Source of the DNA: Chiloscyllium plagiosum
Taxonomy: Eukaryota
Direction: 5' to 3'
DNA: 62,344 nucleotides
Assembly (NCBI RefSeq): GCF_004010195.1
Contig: NC_057751.1
Coordinates: forward strand, 7,300,553 to 7,362,896
Part shown: one piece after another, positions 23,211-35,525 of the stretch
Layout of the letters: every line of letters starts with the position of its first letter
Numbering within the stretch: position 1 is the stretch's first letter
Notes under the pieces: generated by a model
What the model was told of the DNA's origin: nothing
What the model saw: only the letters and a program-made list of their open reading frames with translations
Databases searched by the model: none
Position numbers and translations under genes: made by a program

Positions 23211-24379
23211 TAAATATCTTAGTGAAACAAAAACTTTTTCTCAGCCATGAAGAATTGGCATTTGCTTGATGTAGCTGAAGGTTGTCTGCATATCTTAGGT
23301 AACGGTCCATTATGGATAAGTACATTCAGATGATTTGGATGGAATTGAAGGTTGTTCAGAGGATGGAAATGTGGGGATATATTGGTGGCATGAAATAATG
23401 ACCCCCAGTGCTTCAAAACATGATTGTCTAAATAGAGAAGAAAAAGCCAGGCACTACTTTGAGTTTAAAACAATGTCTTGGTCCAGTTTTATCAAGTGAC
23501 TCTGTAGATATTGAAAGATAAGCTTATTATTCAAACTTATCTTGTAGCATTCCGCCAATTGAGCGTCCCAAATCGTCAAAGTGAAAGATTTTCCATGTGT
23601 AGACAAAAAAAACGTAAATCCTCTTTGCACGAAACTTTGGCAGAGGAATCACAAGGCTGTACAGGAAAGCTGAGCAAAGGGATATAATTTAACAGATTAC
23701 TGTGTACTGTCATGAGGCTGAAGTCAGATTTATTCACTTCCTGTTTTTTGTTTTTGTTGAACATGGCATTTTACTTTGAAAATAACACTCTGCATGACAT
23801 GCATGAAAAGGAAAAGCCCAAAATCAGATTTAAAAACTGAAAATGTACAGTAGAGTCATCAGCAATGGAAGAAACAGATAAATTAAGGCAGTGAGTTGTT
23901 TCAATTGTAATGCAGTGCCTGAAAAAGATTGTGGGTGCTTTACCAAAAGTAACTTTCAAAAGGGAATTAAATATAAAAGGTAAACAGTCCAGTTAAAAGA
24001 AGAAAGAACAAGGGAATGGAATGAAAAACACCGTTCTCTCAAAAAGCCGTCACAGACACAATGAGCTGACTGGCCTCCTTCTTTGCTGCTTAATTCTCTG
24101 ACAACTTAATATCTGCAAGACAGGGAGGAAAATGTTCTCCAAGTTTCCCTTTTCCAGTATCCTCAATATATGATCACTGGATTAAGGCAATTAACTCCCC
24201 ATCACCCACATTCATGGCCTTGAAACAGTGAATATATTATGTTCAGTTGGGGTGCCTCTGCCTTTCACTCCCTGTGGTCACCAGACGCAGTGTTGGAGTC
24301 AGCTATTGATGTTCACAGTTTTCATTGGGAAACTGGAAGTGGCAGTGGGATTGTATTCCATGAGTCAGTATCTGCATTT

Positions 24380-24760
24380 CCCTATTTGGTGGTCCACTAG
24401 AATGAAGGATGCCTTGCTTTCATCTCGCTTTTATGGGTTCTGATATGGATGTTAAAGTCAATGTGAGATCTTTGGACTCTGCCAGATGTGGGACATATAA
24501 TGCTTGAAGAATGGGTAAATGGGTTATTTTGAGGTTTGTGCACTTCCTTGAACAGCTTGACGTGGCCTCTGCATGTTCCCGGTAAAGTTTCTTGATACGT
24601 CTTTCTCCATTTTGGCCAGGCTCTTCCACAAGTCCATCGGTATTTTTGAACTTGTTAGGCACGCATTAAGGCAATGTCCAAAACTTTTCCTCCATTACCT
24701 TGACAATATCCTGCCAGACTGACCTCCAGGTAGAGCAGTTCCTTCAGGAATCTGGTGTGA
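24380..24760 (-). mobile_element. RTE-clade LINE 3' end remnant
   Basis: Minus-strand translation ..RIPEGTAL/ELLY.. and C-terminal zinc-finger-like IICPTSGRVQRSHIDFNIHIRTH. Confidence 0.65.
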
Positions 24761-25149
24761 AACAGTGAAGGAAAGAAAAGAATGAAAGTTTCAATGCACT
24801 GAGAAGGACAACTAAAAAATAGATTTCTTTTGTCTCTCCAATTCCTGACATGTTCAACTTATCATTACTAAGGTGTGAGACGTGTCAATAATGTGGAGTG
24901 AGATGTCTCCAGCAAAAGTAATTATTGCCAGTTGACGTTTGCTTCAGATTCCTGCTCAGTTTAAACACTACCAATCATTTGGAAAAAGGATCTATATCTC
25001 ACACCAGAGATGTCTGACACCTACCCTACTTGGTTGGAATCAGCACAACTGCAGTACATGTGAGCGATGACTGTAATGTCCAAATTAACTGTCATGTCTG
25101 TTATCTGCCCACCTTCTCAAACCTGAAGCACACAAACTGGCTGTTGGGT

Positions 25150-25850
25150 GCAGATAGAGTCATTGAGCTGGTCCATCCCAACCAGATACCTTATAATAAT
25201 CTTGACCCATTTGCCAGCATTTGGTCCGTGTTCCTCCAAATCCTTCCTGTTCATGTACTTATCCAGCTGCCTTTTCAATGTTGTAATTTTACCAGCCTCC
25301 TCCATTCTGTACGCAGGCCATCCTCCATGTGAAAAAGTTGCTCCTTGGGTCCCTTTTAAATCTTTCCTCTCTCATCTTAAACCCAAGCCCACTCATTTTG
25401 GACTTTCCAATGGTGGGGAAAAGACCTTGGCAATTCAGCTTTTCCATACCCCTCAGGATTTCAGAAACTTCGACTCTCAAGGGAAAATAGCTCAAACTTC
25501 TCCTGAAACCTCAAACCCTCTAATCCTCGCAAAATCTTTGTACATCTTTTCTGAACCCTTTCAAGTTTCACAACATCCTTCCAGTAGCAGGGAGACCAGA
25601 ATTGAACACACTGTTCCAAAAATGGCCTAACCAATGTCCTGTACAGCCACAACATGACCTCCAACTCCTACACTCAATGCTATGACTAATAAAAGGAAGC
25701 ATCCTTCCAGTAGCAGGGAGACCAGAATTGAACACACTGTTCCAAAAATGGCCGAACCAATGTCCTGTACAGCCACAACATGACTTCCAACTCCTACACT
25801 CAATGCTATGACTAATAAAAGGAAGCGTACCAATGCTCCTCATGAGCATT
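25150..25850 (-). mobile_element. CR1 3' fragment with an internal 126-bp tandem duplication
   Basis: ORF ..LYRTLVRPFLEQCVQFWSPCYWKDVVKLERVQKR..; duplicated units 25574-25699 and 25700-25825. Confidence 0.88.
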
Positions 25851-26239
25851 TGACAGCCTGAGCAACTCTTCAAGCCAGCAACCACCACTCCTGCAGTTTC
25901 CCCAGCACCCCACATCCCATTCCCAGAATCTGCATTTTAAAAAAATACATTGTTTCACCAGGGCCTGCGCTGAATTTGGGAAGGTGGTGAATGAGCTGCA
26001 TTGCTGCAATCCGTATGGTGTAGGTATACTCACGTTGCTGTTTGGCAGGGAGTCACAGGATTTTGACCTCATATGACAGTGAAGGACCTTGCTCTGATTC
26101 TGGATTCTAAAATGCATGAGTTAAATTTATTTTGTTGAACATTTGTTGATGGAAATGGTTCCGTTTCCACAATTGCTCTGCCTCAGATGTTTGCTTTTTT
26201 AAAAGAATTTTTAAAGATGTGATCAAAGAAATTCATTGG

Positions 26240-26590
26240 ATTTCCCATTCAAGTCATCTTTTGAGAAATTATTTGCATGTTTCTCTTCTAACATTTCCAT
26301 TCTCTCTTTTCTAATGCACCTGCTGTATTTTTCCTTGCTCTCTCAAATGTTTTGTCTCCCTCTTGTTATCTCTTTTTCTTCTCCCCTTTCTTTCATGCTT
26401 TGCACTCTACTTTTCCTGTACCTTTGTTCCTTTTTTCTCTTTTCTGTATCTCTTGTCCTCTCCCCTTTCTCTGCCTCTTTATTTCTTGTCTCTCTGAGTT
26501 AATCCCTGTGCAGTTTCTCTTTCTTCTCCTTTTCTCTATTTCAACCCTCCTGAGCACTTGACCTGTTGATATCTAACTTTTGTTTTTCTG
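26240..26590. repeat. Low-complexity CT-rich (polypyrimidine) tract
   Basis: About 350 bp dominated by T and C on the plus strand. Confidence 0.85.
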
Positions 26591-27261
26591 TGTTTCATTT
26601 AATAGTTTTGTAGGTCAGGATAAAGGTTGCCCCAACAACTTCCATATGTTCTCAAAGATTCAAAAAGCCCAATCCAATAAGGTGCCTTGATGTTCTACGG
26701 AAATCAACTTCAATCAATAGAGATTGCAGTGCAAAAAGACACGGAAACACTTGATGAACAAATCAGGCGAGTTTGGAGGTCAGAGTTGGCAACTTTTCTA
26801 AAGATTTAGCTTGGACGTGAGAAGGAGACTCTATCAAGAGGTGTACCTCAGAACTTGACTGAATTTTTGTTACCCACAGCTAGATACAGATAAACCCCAA
26901 ATGGTTTTCTTTCTTACCACAATTACAATCATTTGGTCTTGAACAGTGGCTGAATTCCCTGCACGTATTTTGTATAATTACAAGCAATTACACGTTTCAA
27001 ACAAAAAAAAATCATGCCTTATGTAAGTAGGTTAGCCAGCGATGCTGTTCATTTCATGTAACTGCATCAATTCTTTTAAACTGTCCGTTTTATCTAAATT
27101 CAATGAGTGGGTGGGTGACTCAATCAGAGATCATTTTTACAGAAACACTGCTGTCATTTTCATCATGCAAGTTTGCATTTGTATATCATCTTGTTGCATC
27201 TTGCTGCATGAAGTGTGATTGTTGTGTAAATGCATTTGGCAACCATTAGGGCAGAGCAAGA

Positions 27262-27417
27262 AGGAGAAAGTGAGGACTGCAGATGCTGGAGATCAGAGAT
27301 CAGAGTCAAGAGTGTGTTGCTGGGAAAGCACAGAAGGTCAGGCAGCAACGTCGATTCTCCTCCTCCTCGGATGCTGCCTGACTTGCTGTGCTTTCCCAGC
27401 AAGACACACTCAACTGT
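27262..27417. mobile_element. Palindromic Penelope-derived element, centre deleted, 11-bp TSD
   Basis: Arms gagtgtgttgctgggaaagcacag..caggcagca / tgctgcctgac..ctgtgctttcccagcaagacacactc; TSD gcagagcaaga at 27251-27261 and 27418-27428. Confidence 0.85.
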
Positions 27418-29214
27418 GCAGAGCAAGAGTTAACAAAAGGCCTTAATCAGTACGAGTGGTTTACTACCCTGTGTTTGTTGGTATTGGTCGAAGGATGCAT
27501 TATAGCCTTGAATGTGACACAAGTTCCTTGCTCTTTCCCTGCAGAGTTAGCACTGGGCTGGGGAGGACAACATCTTTATATACCTTTTGGCAGAGTCCGC
27601 CTCAGTGAAGTGCCCGTTCCTTTTTAGAGAGAGGATGTGTTGCCATTGAGATGGTAATGGTCTGGGTGCCTGCAGTAGATTTTAAACAGAAGCAAGAGGA
27701 CTGTGGAAGATTTGTCTCAGGATGGCAATTGCTGCACACTGATGACACAGACCTCTTTGAGGCTCTTGTGCTCATGATACTTATGCTTGTCTGATATCCA
27801 TGAAGTGCAGTCATTTCAAAGCCCTTCAAATTAAGGTTTCATTATTTATAGGCATTTCGCTGTCAAATAAGTTGGTAATTACTTGTGCTTTATAACGTAT
27901 CTAAAGATAGACTAAAATAAAAATTAGAAAAATCAACAGGGTCCTCTCACAATGTAAACAATTACCTTTTTCTAAATTTCTACAGTTCCATGAGCACTGG
28001 CCACTCAGTTGGTACCTCACCTCATGAGCTGTTATTCATATGCGAGGCCAGACACTGGGCAAAATCACGTTAGTAAGTAACAGTAAGCAGCACGGCTCTG
28101 TTCAGTTCACAAACCTCTGGCTGTTTTGTTCTGTCCTCATGGGCATCTGTCAAACTGACTGTGAGCAGCCAAGTACAGATTGAGGTTTTAATTGACAATT
28201 GGTCCAGGCCCAAGTACCTGTGTGAATTAGAGTCTGTGGGAACACCCTAAAGTAGGTTTGATAGCAGGAATGGGACATGTTGTTAGTTAAGAGAGAGATG
28301 GGTGGGACCCTCCAAACTTCCTGCCTCCACAGCAATTAAATCCCCAAATGATGTCCTTCAGGATGCAAGTAATGCCCACTTAAGGGCCTCATCCCCACTG
28401 CCACTTGTGTTCACCCACATGTCACACAAACAATCAAACTTTGCTGTGTCTGCTTGCGGGCTCCCAAGAGAGTTCCCTTATTCAAAAGTACTTGGTGCTA
28501 TGATCAAGGGATCTGAAATCATGAAGGAGTGTGGTGAAAGCCAGGTCCTGCTATTGCTGCCAACCTCCCTTCCCATCCACTGCCCTGCAACCCCATGTCT
28601 GTCATTACATTGCCTCTATCTGGTTCCTCTACAATATGAAGTGCAATATCCCATGTGATTTGCCAGCTACACACTCAACTGATCCTACAACCTTGATCAC
28701 TAATGTATCTTGTAAACTGGAAAATGTTTTTCATGAGCTGCAACTTTTATACTGACAGATAAATACAATGTTTAGAAACAGATAAGTGGTGCTGAGAGGA
28801 TCCAGAGTTCAGACAGTGTTCCCAGTGCCTGCTATCTGTGTTATGAAATGGATTAATTGCCTGCATTTGGGTTTCCATGCAAAGCATGTGTTGCACATGA
28901 TGAGTCAGGAGTCCTGCTGGGGTTCTTGATAAATCTCAGTCAGAAATCACTTTGAAAGCTTTCTCCTGTTGCCTGCACCCGCAACCACATCTCTATTCAA
29001 TCTGGAAACATTATACTGTGACTTTTTAATCAGATTTGTCTTAGATCCCCTGTTTAATGAGACCTATCTGTTTTTGTTAACTGGTGTAATGCATTGGTCT
29101 ACACAGGTATGAGAGTCTAGATGCCTCAGTAAATGTGCTGCTGTCTGCCTGACTGACCATTTCAGGCTTGAAAGGTCTCATGCCTGGACGCATTCACTGA
29201 TTTGAATTGGGGCA

Positions 29215-29465
29215 ACAGCTGAGTGCTTCACATTGTTTCTTCAGAGAAGTGGGGAGTATTTCCTGGTGGCCTGGCCTTTATTATCCCACAACCATTATCT
29301 CTAAAACAGATGCCATCATTTCAGGGCTATTGCAGGAGTTGTTGTGCACAAATCTTGTTACCACATTGGACGCACAGATGCCACATTTCAGAAGAGCTCC
29401 TGTGCCTGGAGTATACTTCAGATCTCCTTGACATTGTGGCACTTTCAAAAGGCAGTTATTTTCCT
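29215..29465 (+). mobile_element. Degraded Deu-domain SINE
   Basis: ..ggggagtatttcctggtggcctggcc..tatcccacaaccattatctctaaaacagat..gttgtgcacaaat. Confidence 0.55.
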
Positions 29466-30461
29466 TTAATTTATTGCTCGCTTTCTCTCTCTGAACTCCC
29501 TCCTTTCCTCCCACATCACTTGCTTGTTTCCTCCCATCTTCCTGCCTCCAATGCCCCCACGAGGTTTGGGGAAGTCATCCAACTGTGAAGCACAGTCCAC
29601 AAAACCCACAGTCAATGCATCTGTTCACACAGGACATGGTTTTGCTGCAATTCTCCAGTGACCCTTTCTGTTGAGATTCACACACAAGCAATCACATCGA
29701 AGGATTTTGGCACCACTATAACTGTAGCACAGCAAGAACCAGCACTTTAAGAAATGTGAGAATATTTAGTAGTGTTCTGTGTTTTTAAAACCTATTGCTG
29801 GAACTGTGCTTCTGTGAATGCCTGTGCGTGGCTGAGATGTAATCTTATAAATAGTTGATAGTCTGTTTCCTTGATGTTTAAGCAGAAGCTATCACCAGGG
29901 AATAGCACGGAGTTCATTATTGAATTTCCTTTTAAGGTTTGTTTCTGAAGGCAGCTCTAATCAGGCCAGGATTTTCATGTACAGTTTGTACAGAGCTCCA
30001 TTGTTTTCTGAATCTGACTGAGAAGTTTGAGGCGACATTGACCCTGAAACAAAAGTATAGAAACACAACATCCAGAATGCATGGGATCAACCAACATATA
30101 TAAAAGTTAATTTTCATCCCGTGTTTCTCGATGGTTAACTGAAGGAATGTGAGCTCTTGCCAAAAGATATATTGATGTGCACAGATGGCTTCAAGGGATA
30201 TCAGCTGCGTGCATGGACAGGGAAGGATTGAGAGATATGGTCTGAAAGGCGGATAGTTGGAGTTGATGTATCCAAGCTGAACAGAGTTGTTGACTTAATG
30301 GCCTCTTTGCTGAACTGTAAATATTATTGCTTTCTGATGAGTAACCCAAGGGAGAAGGAAGATCACTTTGGACAGAGTTCTGACAGAAGCTGCAGCTTGT
30401 GTTGAATGGGACTCTTGTTTCTTTGATGACTGACTCTAATGCTCAGGTCATGTCTGCTTGT

Positions 30462-30772
30462 CATAGAGTCACAGAGATTTACAGCATGGAAACAGACCCT
30501 TCGATCAAACTCATGCATGCCGACCAGATATCCCAATCCAGTCGAGTCCCACCTGCCAGCATCCGGCCCATAGCCCTCCAAACCCTTTCTATTCATATAC
30601 CTCTCCTGATGCCTTTTAAATGTTGCAATTATACCAGCCTCCACCACTTCTTCTGGCAGCTCATTCCATACATGTACAACCCTCTGTGTGAAAATGTTGC
30701 CCCTTAGGTCTCTTTTATATCTTTCCCCTCTCACCCTAAACCTATGCCCTCTAGTCCTGGACTCCCTGACCC
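30462..30772 (-). mobile_element. CR1 3' end
   Basis: ORF 30363-30785 ..ESRTRGHRFRVRGERYKRDLRGNIFTQRVVHVWNELPEEVV.. plus tail. Confidence 0.9.
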
Positions 30773-31089
30773 TTGGCTCCTTCACCGGTGCAAAAAGTTT
30801 ATCTCGATTTATTCCATCAGTTCCTTTCAGGATCCTGAAATAGTTCGAACATAACCATCAACTTGAAGATTGTTTAAGGATTGATCAGTTGAGTGGATTC
30901 TGGATGTTTGCATCAACCCCTTGAATGATGCTTCAGCACATCACTATTCAGTTCAAAACAGCCCACTGAATTGATAACCACAGGCAAACATGTGCCATTC
31001 ACTAGATATCTCACAGCCACCGAGTTAAGCTCCTTCAACAGCACCTCACAATCATACAAGCTCTTGTTCTGCAGCAGACATGCAGAACA

Positions 31090-31713
31090 TTCAGTGAGAT
31101 CATGGCTGATCTCTTAATCCTCAACTCCATTTTCCTGCCTTTTTTGCCAGAACCCTTAATTCCTTTACTGATTAAAAATCTGTCTATCTCAGCCTTGACT
31201 ATATCTAATGACCCAGCCTCAATAGCCCTCTGTGGTTTTGACTACCACAGATTTGCTACCCTGTAGGAGACGCTAGGAAGCTGGCCATAGTTGACAGCAG
31301 GCCTCAGTCTAGTCAAGGAGGATAGTGCTTGTTTGGGTATTCCCACCACAATAAGTCAATGACTGTTCTGGTAACAGAGACTGAGACTGACAAATATTAT
31401 GGAAGATGAAAGTGGGTGGCACAGCTCGTATTGTTCAAGCAGAAGGACAGCTTTTCTGAACACGTGAGATGGATATGCTGAGGGTTGCAGGTTATTGGTG
31501 TTGTAGTTAGGGGTGAGTTAGGGTGACGAGGCATCATGTCACATGCATTCATGAAAGTGGCTGTGCATGAGCCTTGTTGCGAGTTGTATCAGGCAGTAGG
31601 GAGAGACTCAGTCTGAGGTCGGACAGAAGATATTGCACTTGTGCTGGCGAAATGGAGAAGGTCATTGACCTTTTTCCCACCATGCTGTGCATTTCTCCAG
31701 ATGGCTGAGACTT
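31090..31713 (-). mobile_element. Chimeric unit: Harbinger-like Myb/SANT remnant plus CR1 3' tail (copy 1)
   Basis: Reverse-complement homolog of 33384-34011; minus-strand peptide EVSAIWRNAQHGGKKVNDLLHF. Confidence 0.65.
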
Positions 31714-31989
31714 CTCCAACCTGCTTTCAAGATCCCCTTGTTGCACTCAGTCCTATCATTTTACCATTGTTGCTGAGTCAAAATTTGAAATTCTAATTTA
31801 CTGCCCAACCCTCATTGCCCTAAAGAAGATGGTAGTGAGTTAACTGTTTGAACCATTGCAGTTTGTTCAAAGAAGCTACACATCCCCTGCATTATTCAGT
31901 CAAGGAGTTTGCAAAAAGCTGGAAAGAAATGTCTGAATTACTATGATGTAGTCATCCATCAGTCCAATCGATAATTCAGTGGAGACCTC

Positions 31990-32200
31990 TTTCCCAAAAG
32001 CATGGTAAAAATGTGAACCTATGTACGACAAAGAATGGCTGAGGCAAATAGAAGGATACATTTTAGGGAAACTGGATACATATGAGAGAAAAGGAAATAG
32101 AAAGGTTCTCCTCATGGAATGAGTTGAAAAAGGGTTGGAGGATGTCCCTGTAAAGTATCAGCGTTGGCCAGGACATGTTAGGCTGAATTTCCTGTTTCAG
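31990..32200 (+). mobile_element. Old CR1 tail remnant
   Basis: ..ttttagggaaactggatacatatg..ggccaggacatgttaggctgaatttcctgtttc. Confidence 0.5.
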
Positions 32201-33249
32201 CTCTGGAAGTTGAAGCTCAGTTGAATTGGGTTGTTTTACTGGCAGAGGACGAAGAGCAGCTGACCTGTTTGCTGCTTCACCTGACATGGATGTTAGAAAA
32301 ATCCCATGATCAATGTTGTCACACCAACAATTAGGCCACCCTCAAAGTAAACACCATTGCTAACCATAGATAACAAAGTGCCATTTGTTCTTGTCAGAAA
32401 TTGAATTGTGCTCATGACTGAGAGTGCATTGACCCAACTTAATGCTGAATATTTCATACTACCATAGCACAGACATGTCCTATTTAACAGCAGTTCCGCT
32501 AGTTTGTGATGTGTAGTTTCAGTACCTCGTGCTTGATAATTTCTATAACTCACCCATGATATGCACCAAATTCTGCACATCATCCAAGTGAAACTTTCAG
32601 GCAGGTTTTCCCTGCGAAGTCTGAATTAGCCTCCCTTCTATCAGCTTTAAGAAGGAACTAAGAGTGTCTTAGTATCAGCTACCCTCTTGTTTTATCTGTC
32701 TGCATAGCTCAGACCAAAACCAGGCGCTGTACTTATCATGTGAGCCTTTGATGTACTCCACAGAGTGTCTCTATCAATTCTTGAGTTGTCATGAAGAGTG
32801 ACCTTGCCTGAAAAAAATTACTTCCAATTTTAGGTCCATAGAATTGGTTGTTTAATTACTTGTTGGAAGTGAATGAACAAACAAATAATTACACGACAAC
32901 TGCAAATTAATGAAGTGTGACAGTGAAAAATGCAGAGACTGAGATAAACATTGCAATTGTGAAAAGAAGGTGCCAAGAAAAACAGGGGTTGATTCTTATA
33001 GATTTTTGGCTAAGTGCAAATCACATCAAATTTGGTGGAGTGCTTTTGCTGCTTGTTATCAAATTGGCTACATTTGTTGACATTTGAGTCGTTACAGTGA
33101 GTATCATGCCCATTTTCTGCTGTACCTCATGACGTGCCATTCTCCGAACAAGTCTCATTTCGTCAGAGGTCCTGATCGGCATTCCTGAATCTGCGTCCTG
33201 AAAAGTACTGTCAGTCTTGAGTTACATGACACAGTATTTGACATTTTCC

Positions 33250-34060
33250 CCAGATATGGGAAACTGCTTCCTTGCATGGCACTGAACATCCTGCTGGGCA
33301 GGGTGGTGAATGGGCAGATTATACTCTTCCCTCAGAACAGCAGACTATGTCAGCATGGTCTGGGGGATGCTGCCCAGATTTGTGAAGTCTCAGCCATCTG
33401 GAGAAATACACAGCATGACAGGAAGAAGGTCAGTGACCTTCTCCATTTCACCAATGCAAGTACAATATCTTTTCTCGGATTCCTCAGACCGAGTCTATTT
33501 CTGCTGCTGGATGCAACTCCCAAGAAGTCTCATGCTCAGCCACTTTCATGAATGCCAGTAACATCATGTCCACGTGACCTAACCCAACCCAAACTCTAAC
33601 ACCACTAACCTCCATGCCCTCAGCATATCCATCTCCATGTTCAGAAAACCTCACGTTCTGCTTGAACAGTACTGGCTGTGCCACCTACTTTCATTTTCCA
33701 TAATACTTGCCTGTCTCCTCTTCTGGTATCTAATTTTGTGGCTGACTTCTTGTGGCAGGAAGATTTGAACAAAAATGATTTTCCTTGACTAGACTGAGAC
33801 CTGCTGTCAACTGTGGCCAGCTTCCTGAAGTCTCCCAGAGGGTAGTGAATCTGTGGTATTCATTACCACAGAGGGCTGTTGAAGCAGAATCATTAGGTGC
33901 AGTCAAGGCCGAGATGGACAGAATTTTAATCAATAAGGGAATTAAGAGTTTTGGTGAAAAGGCAGGAAAATGTAGTTGAGGATTATCGGATCAGCCATGA
34001 TCTCACCGAATGACAGAGCAGACTTGATGGGCTAAATTGCCAGCTCCTGCTCTGCCACCT
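33250..34060 (+). mobile_element. Chimeric unit: Harbinger-like Myb/SANT remnant plus CR1 3' tail (copy 2)
   Basis: ORF 33276-33551 MALNILLGRVVNGQIILFPQ..EVSAIWRNTQHDRKKVSDLLHF; ORF 33785-33979 SQRVVNLWYSLPQRAVEAESLGAVKAEMDRIL is the CR1 C-terminus. Confidence 0.65.
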
Positions 34061-34254
34061 TAAAGTCTTGTTGCATGAGGAAAAGAGCCCAGAATAGTGC
34101 CAAGAGAGTCAAGACCACGGTATGCTGTCATCACTTGGCTCTTCAACCTGAATGACAGGATCATCACTGACCATGCCAAGCAGAGTCTGAATTGGTGTCA
34201 GAAGCTGCCATTGACTTATTGTGCTGGGAATGCCTGAACAAATGCTACCCTTTT

Positions 34255-35525
34255 AGAGTCATAGGGTCATACAGCATGGAAGTAGACCCTTCAATCTAGC
34301 TCGTCCACACCATGTTCCCAAACTAAATTAGTCCCACCTGCCTGCGCTTGGCCCATACCCCTCCAAACATTTCCTATTCATGTCCTTAGCCAAATATCTT
34401 TTAAATGTTGTAACTGTACTTGCATCCACAACTTCCTCTGGCAGTTCATTCCACACATGAACCACTCTCTGTGTAAACAAAGTTGGCCATCATGACCTTT
34501 TTAAATCTTTCTCCTGCCAACCTGAAAAATGTGCCTCCTAGGTTCAAACTCCACCACCTTAGGGAAAAGACATTTGCTATTCACCTTATCTGTGCCCCTC
34601 ATGATTTTATAACACTTGACAAGTTCACCTCTCAACCTCCTACACACCAATGCAAAAGGTCCCAGTCTATCCAACTTATTTCTCCAAATCAAACCCTCCA
34701 TTCCTGACAAGTTCTTGGTAAGTCTTTTTTGAACCCCCTCAAGTTTAATAATATGCTTCCTATAACAGGGCAACCAAAACTGTACACTGTACTCCAGAAG
34801 AGGCATCACCAACATCTTGAACAACCTCAACATGACGTTCCAACTTCAATACTCAAAGGCTTGAACAATAAAGGCAAGTGTTCTAAATGCTTTCTTAACC
34901 ACCCTGTCTATCTGTAATGTAAGTTTCAAAGAATTATGTAACTGAACCCTTAATTCTGCTCTACAACACTGCCCAGGGCCCTGGGTATACCACCAATGTT
35001 GGTGCCATCTGCAAACAGATTCAACATGCCCCCTATACTGTCATCCAAATCATTGATATAAATGACAGACAAAAGTGGACTCAGTACTGATCCCAGTGAA
35101 ACACTGCTAGTCACAGACCTCCAATGTGAAAACAAGCCTCCATCACTCCCCTGTCTCCTACCGTCAACCCAATTTTGTATCTAATTGGCAAGCTCACTCT
35201 GAATCTCATGTGATCAAACTTTACTAATAATTTACCATGTGGAACCTTGTCAAAGGCTTTACTGAAGTCCAGGTAAACCATGTCTACCACTCTGTCCCCA
35301 TCAGTCTTTTTGGTTACTTCCTCAAAAAACTCAATCAAGTTTGTGAGACATGATTTCCCTCACACAAAACCTGCTGACTATCCCTGATCATTCCTTGTCT
35401 ATCCAAATGAATGTAAATCCTATCTTTCAGAATCACCTCCAACACATAGTCACCACCGATTTCAGACTCACAGGTCAATTGTTCCGAGGCTTCTCCTGAC
35501 ATCTTCTCTTAAATAATGGCACAAC
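34255..35525 (-). mobile_element. CR1 RT and 3' fragment
   Basis: ..YLDFSKAFDKVPHGKLL.., ..GSVLSPLLSVIYINDLD..LFADGT.. and tail agagtcatag. Confidence 0.9.

Noticed and set aside
25568..25915. ORF with an internally repeated peptide as a repeat protein
   Set aside because: It arises from the 126-bp tandem duplication read in an alternative frame of CR1.
26236..26561. Hydrophobic ORFs as membrane proteins
   Set aside because: They are an artefact of CT-rich low-complexity sequence (F/L/S codons).
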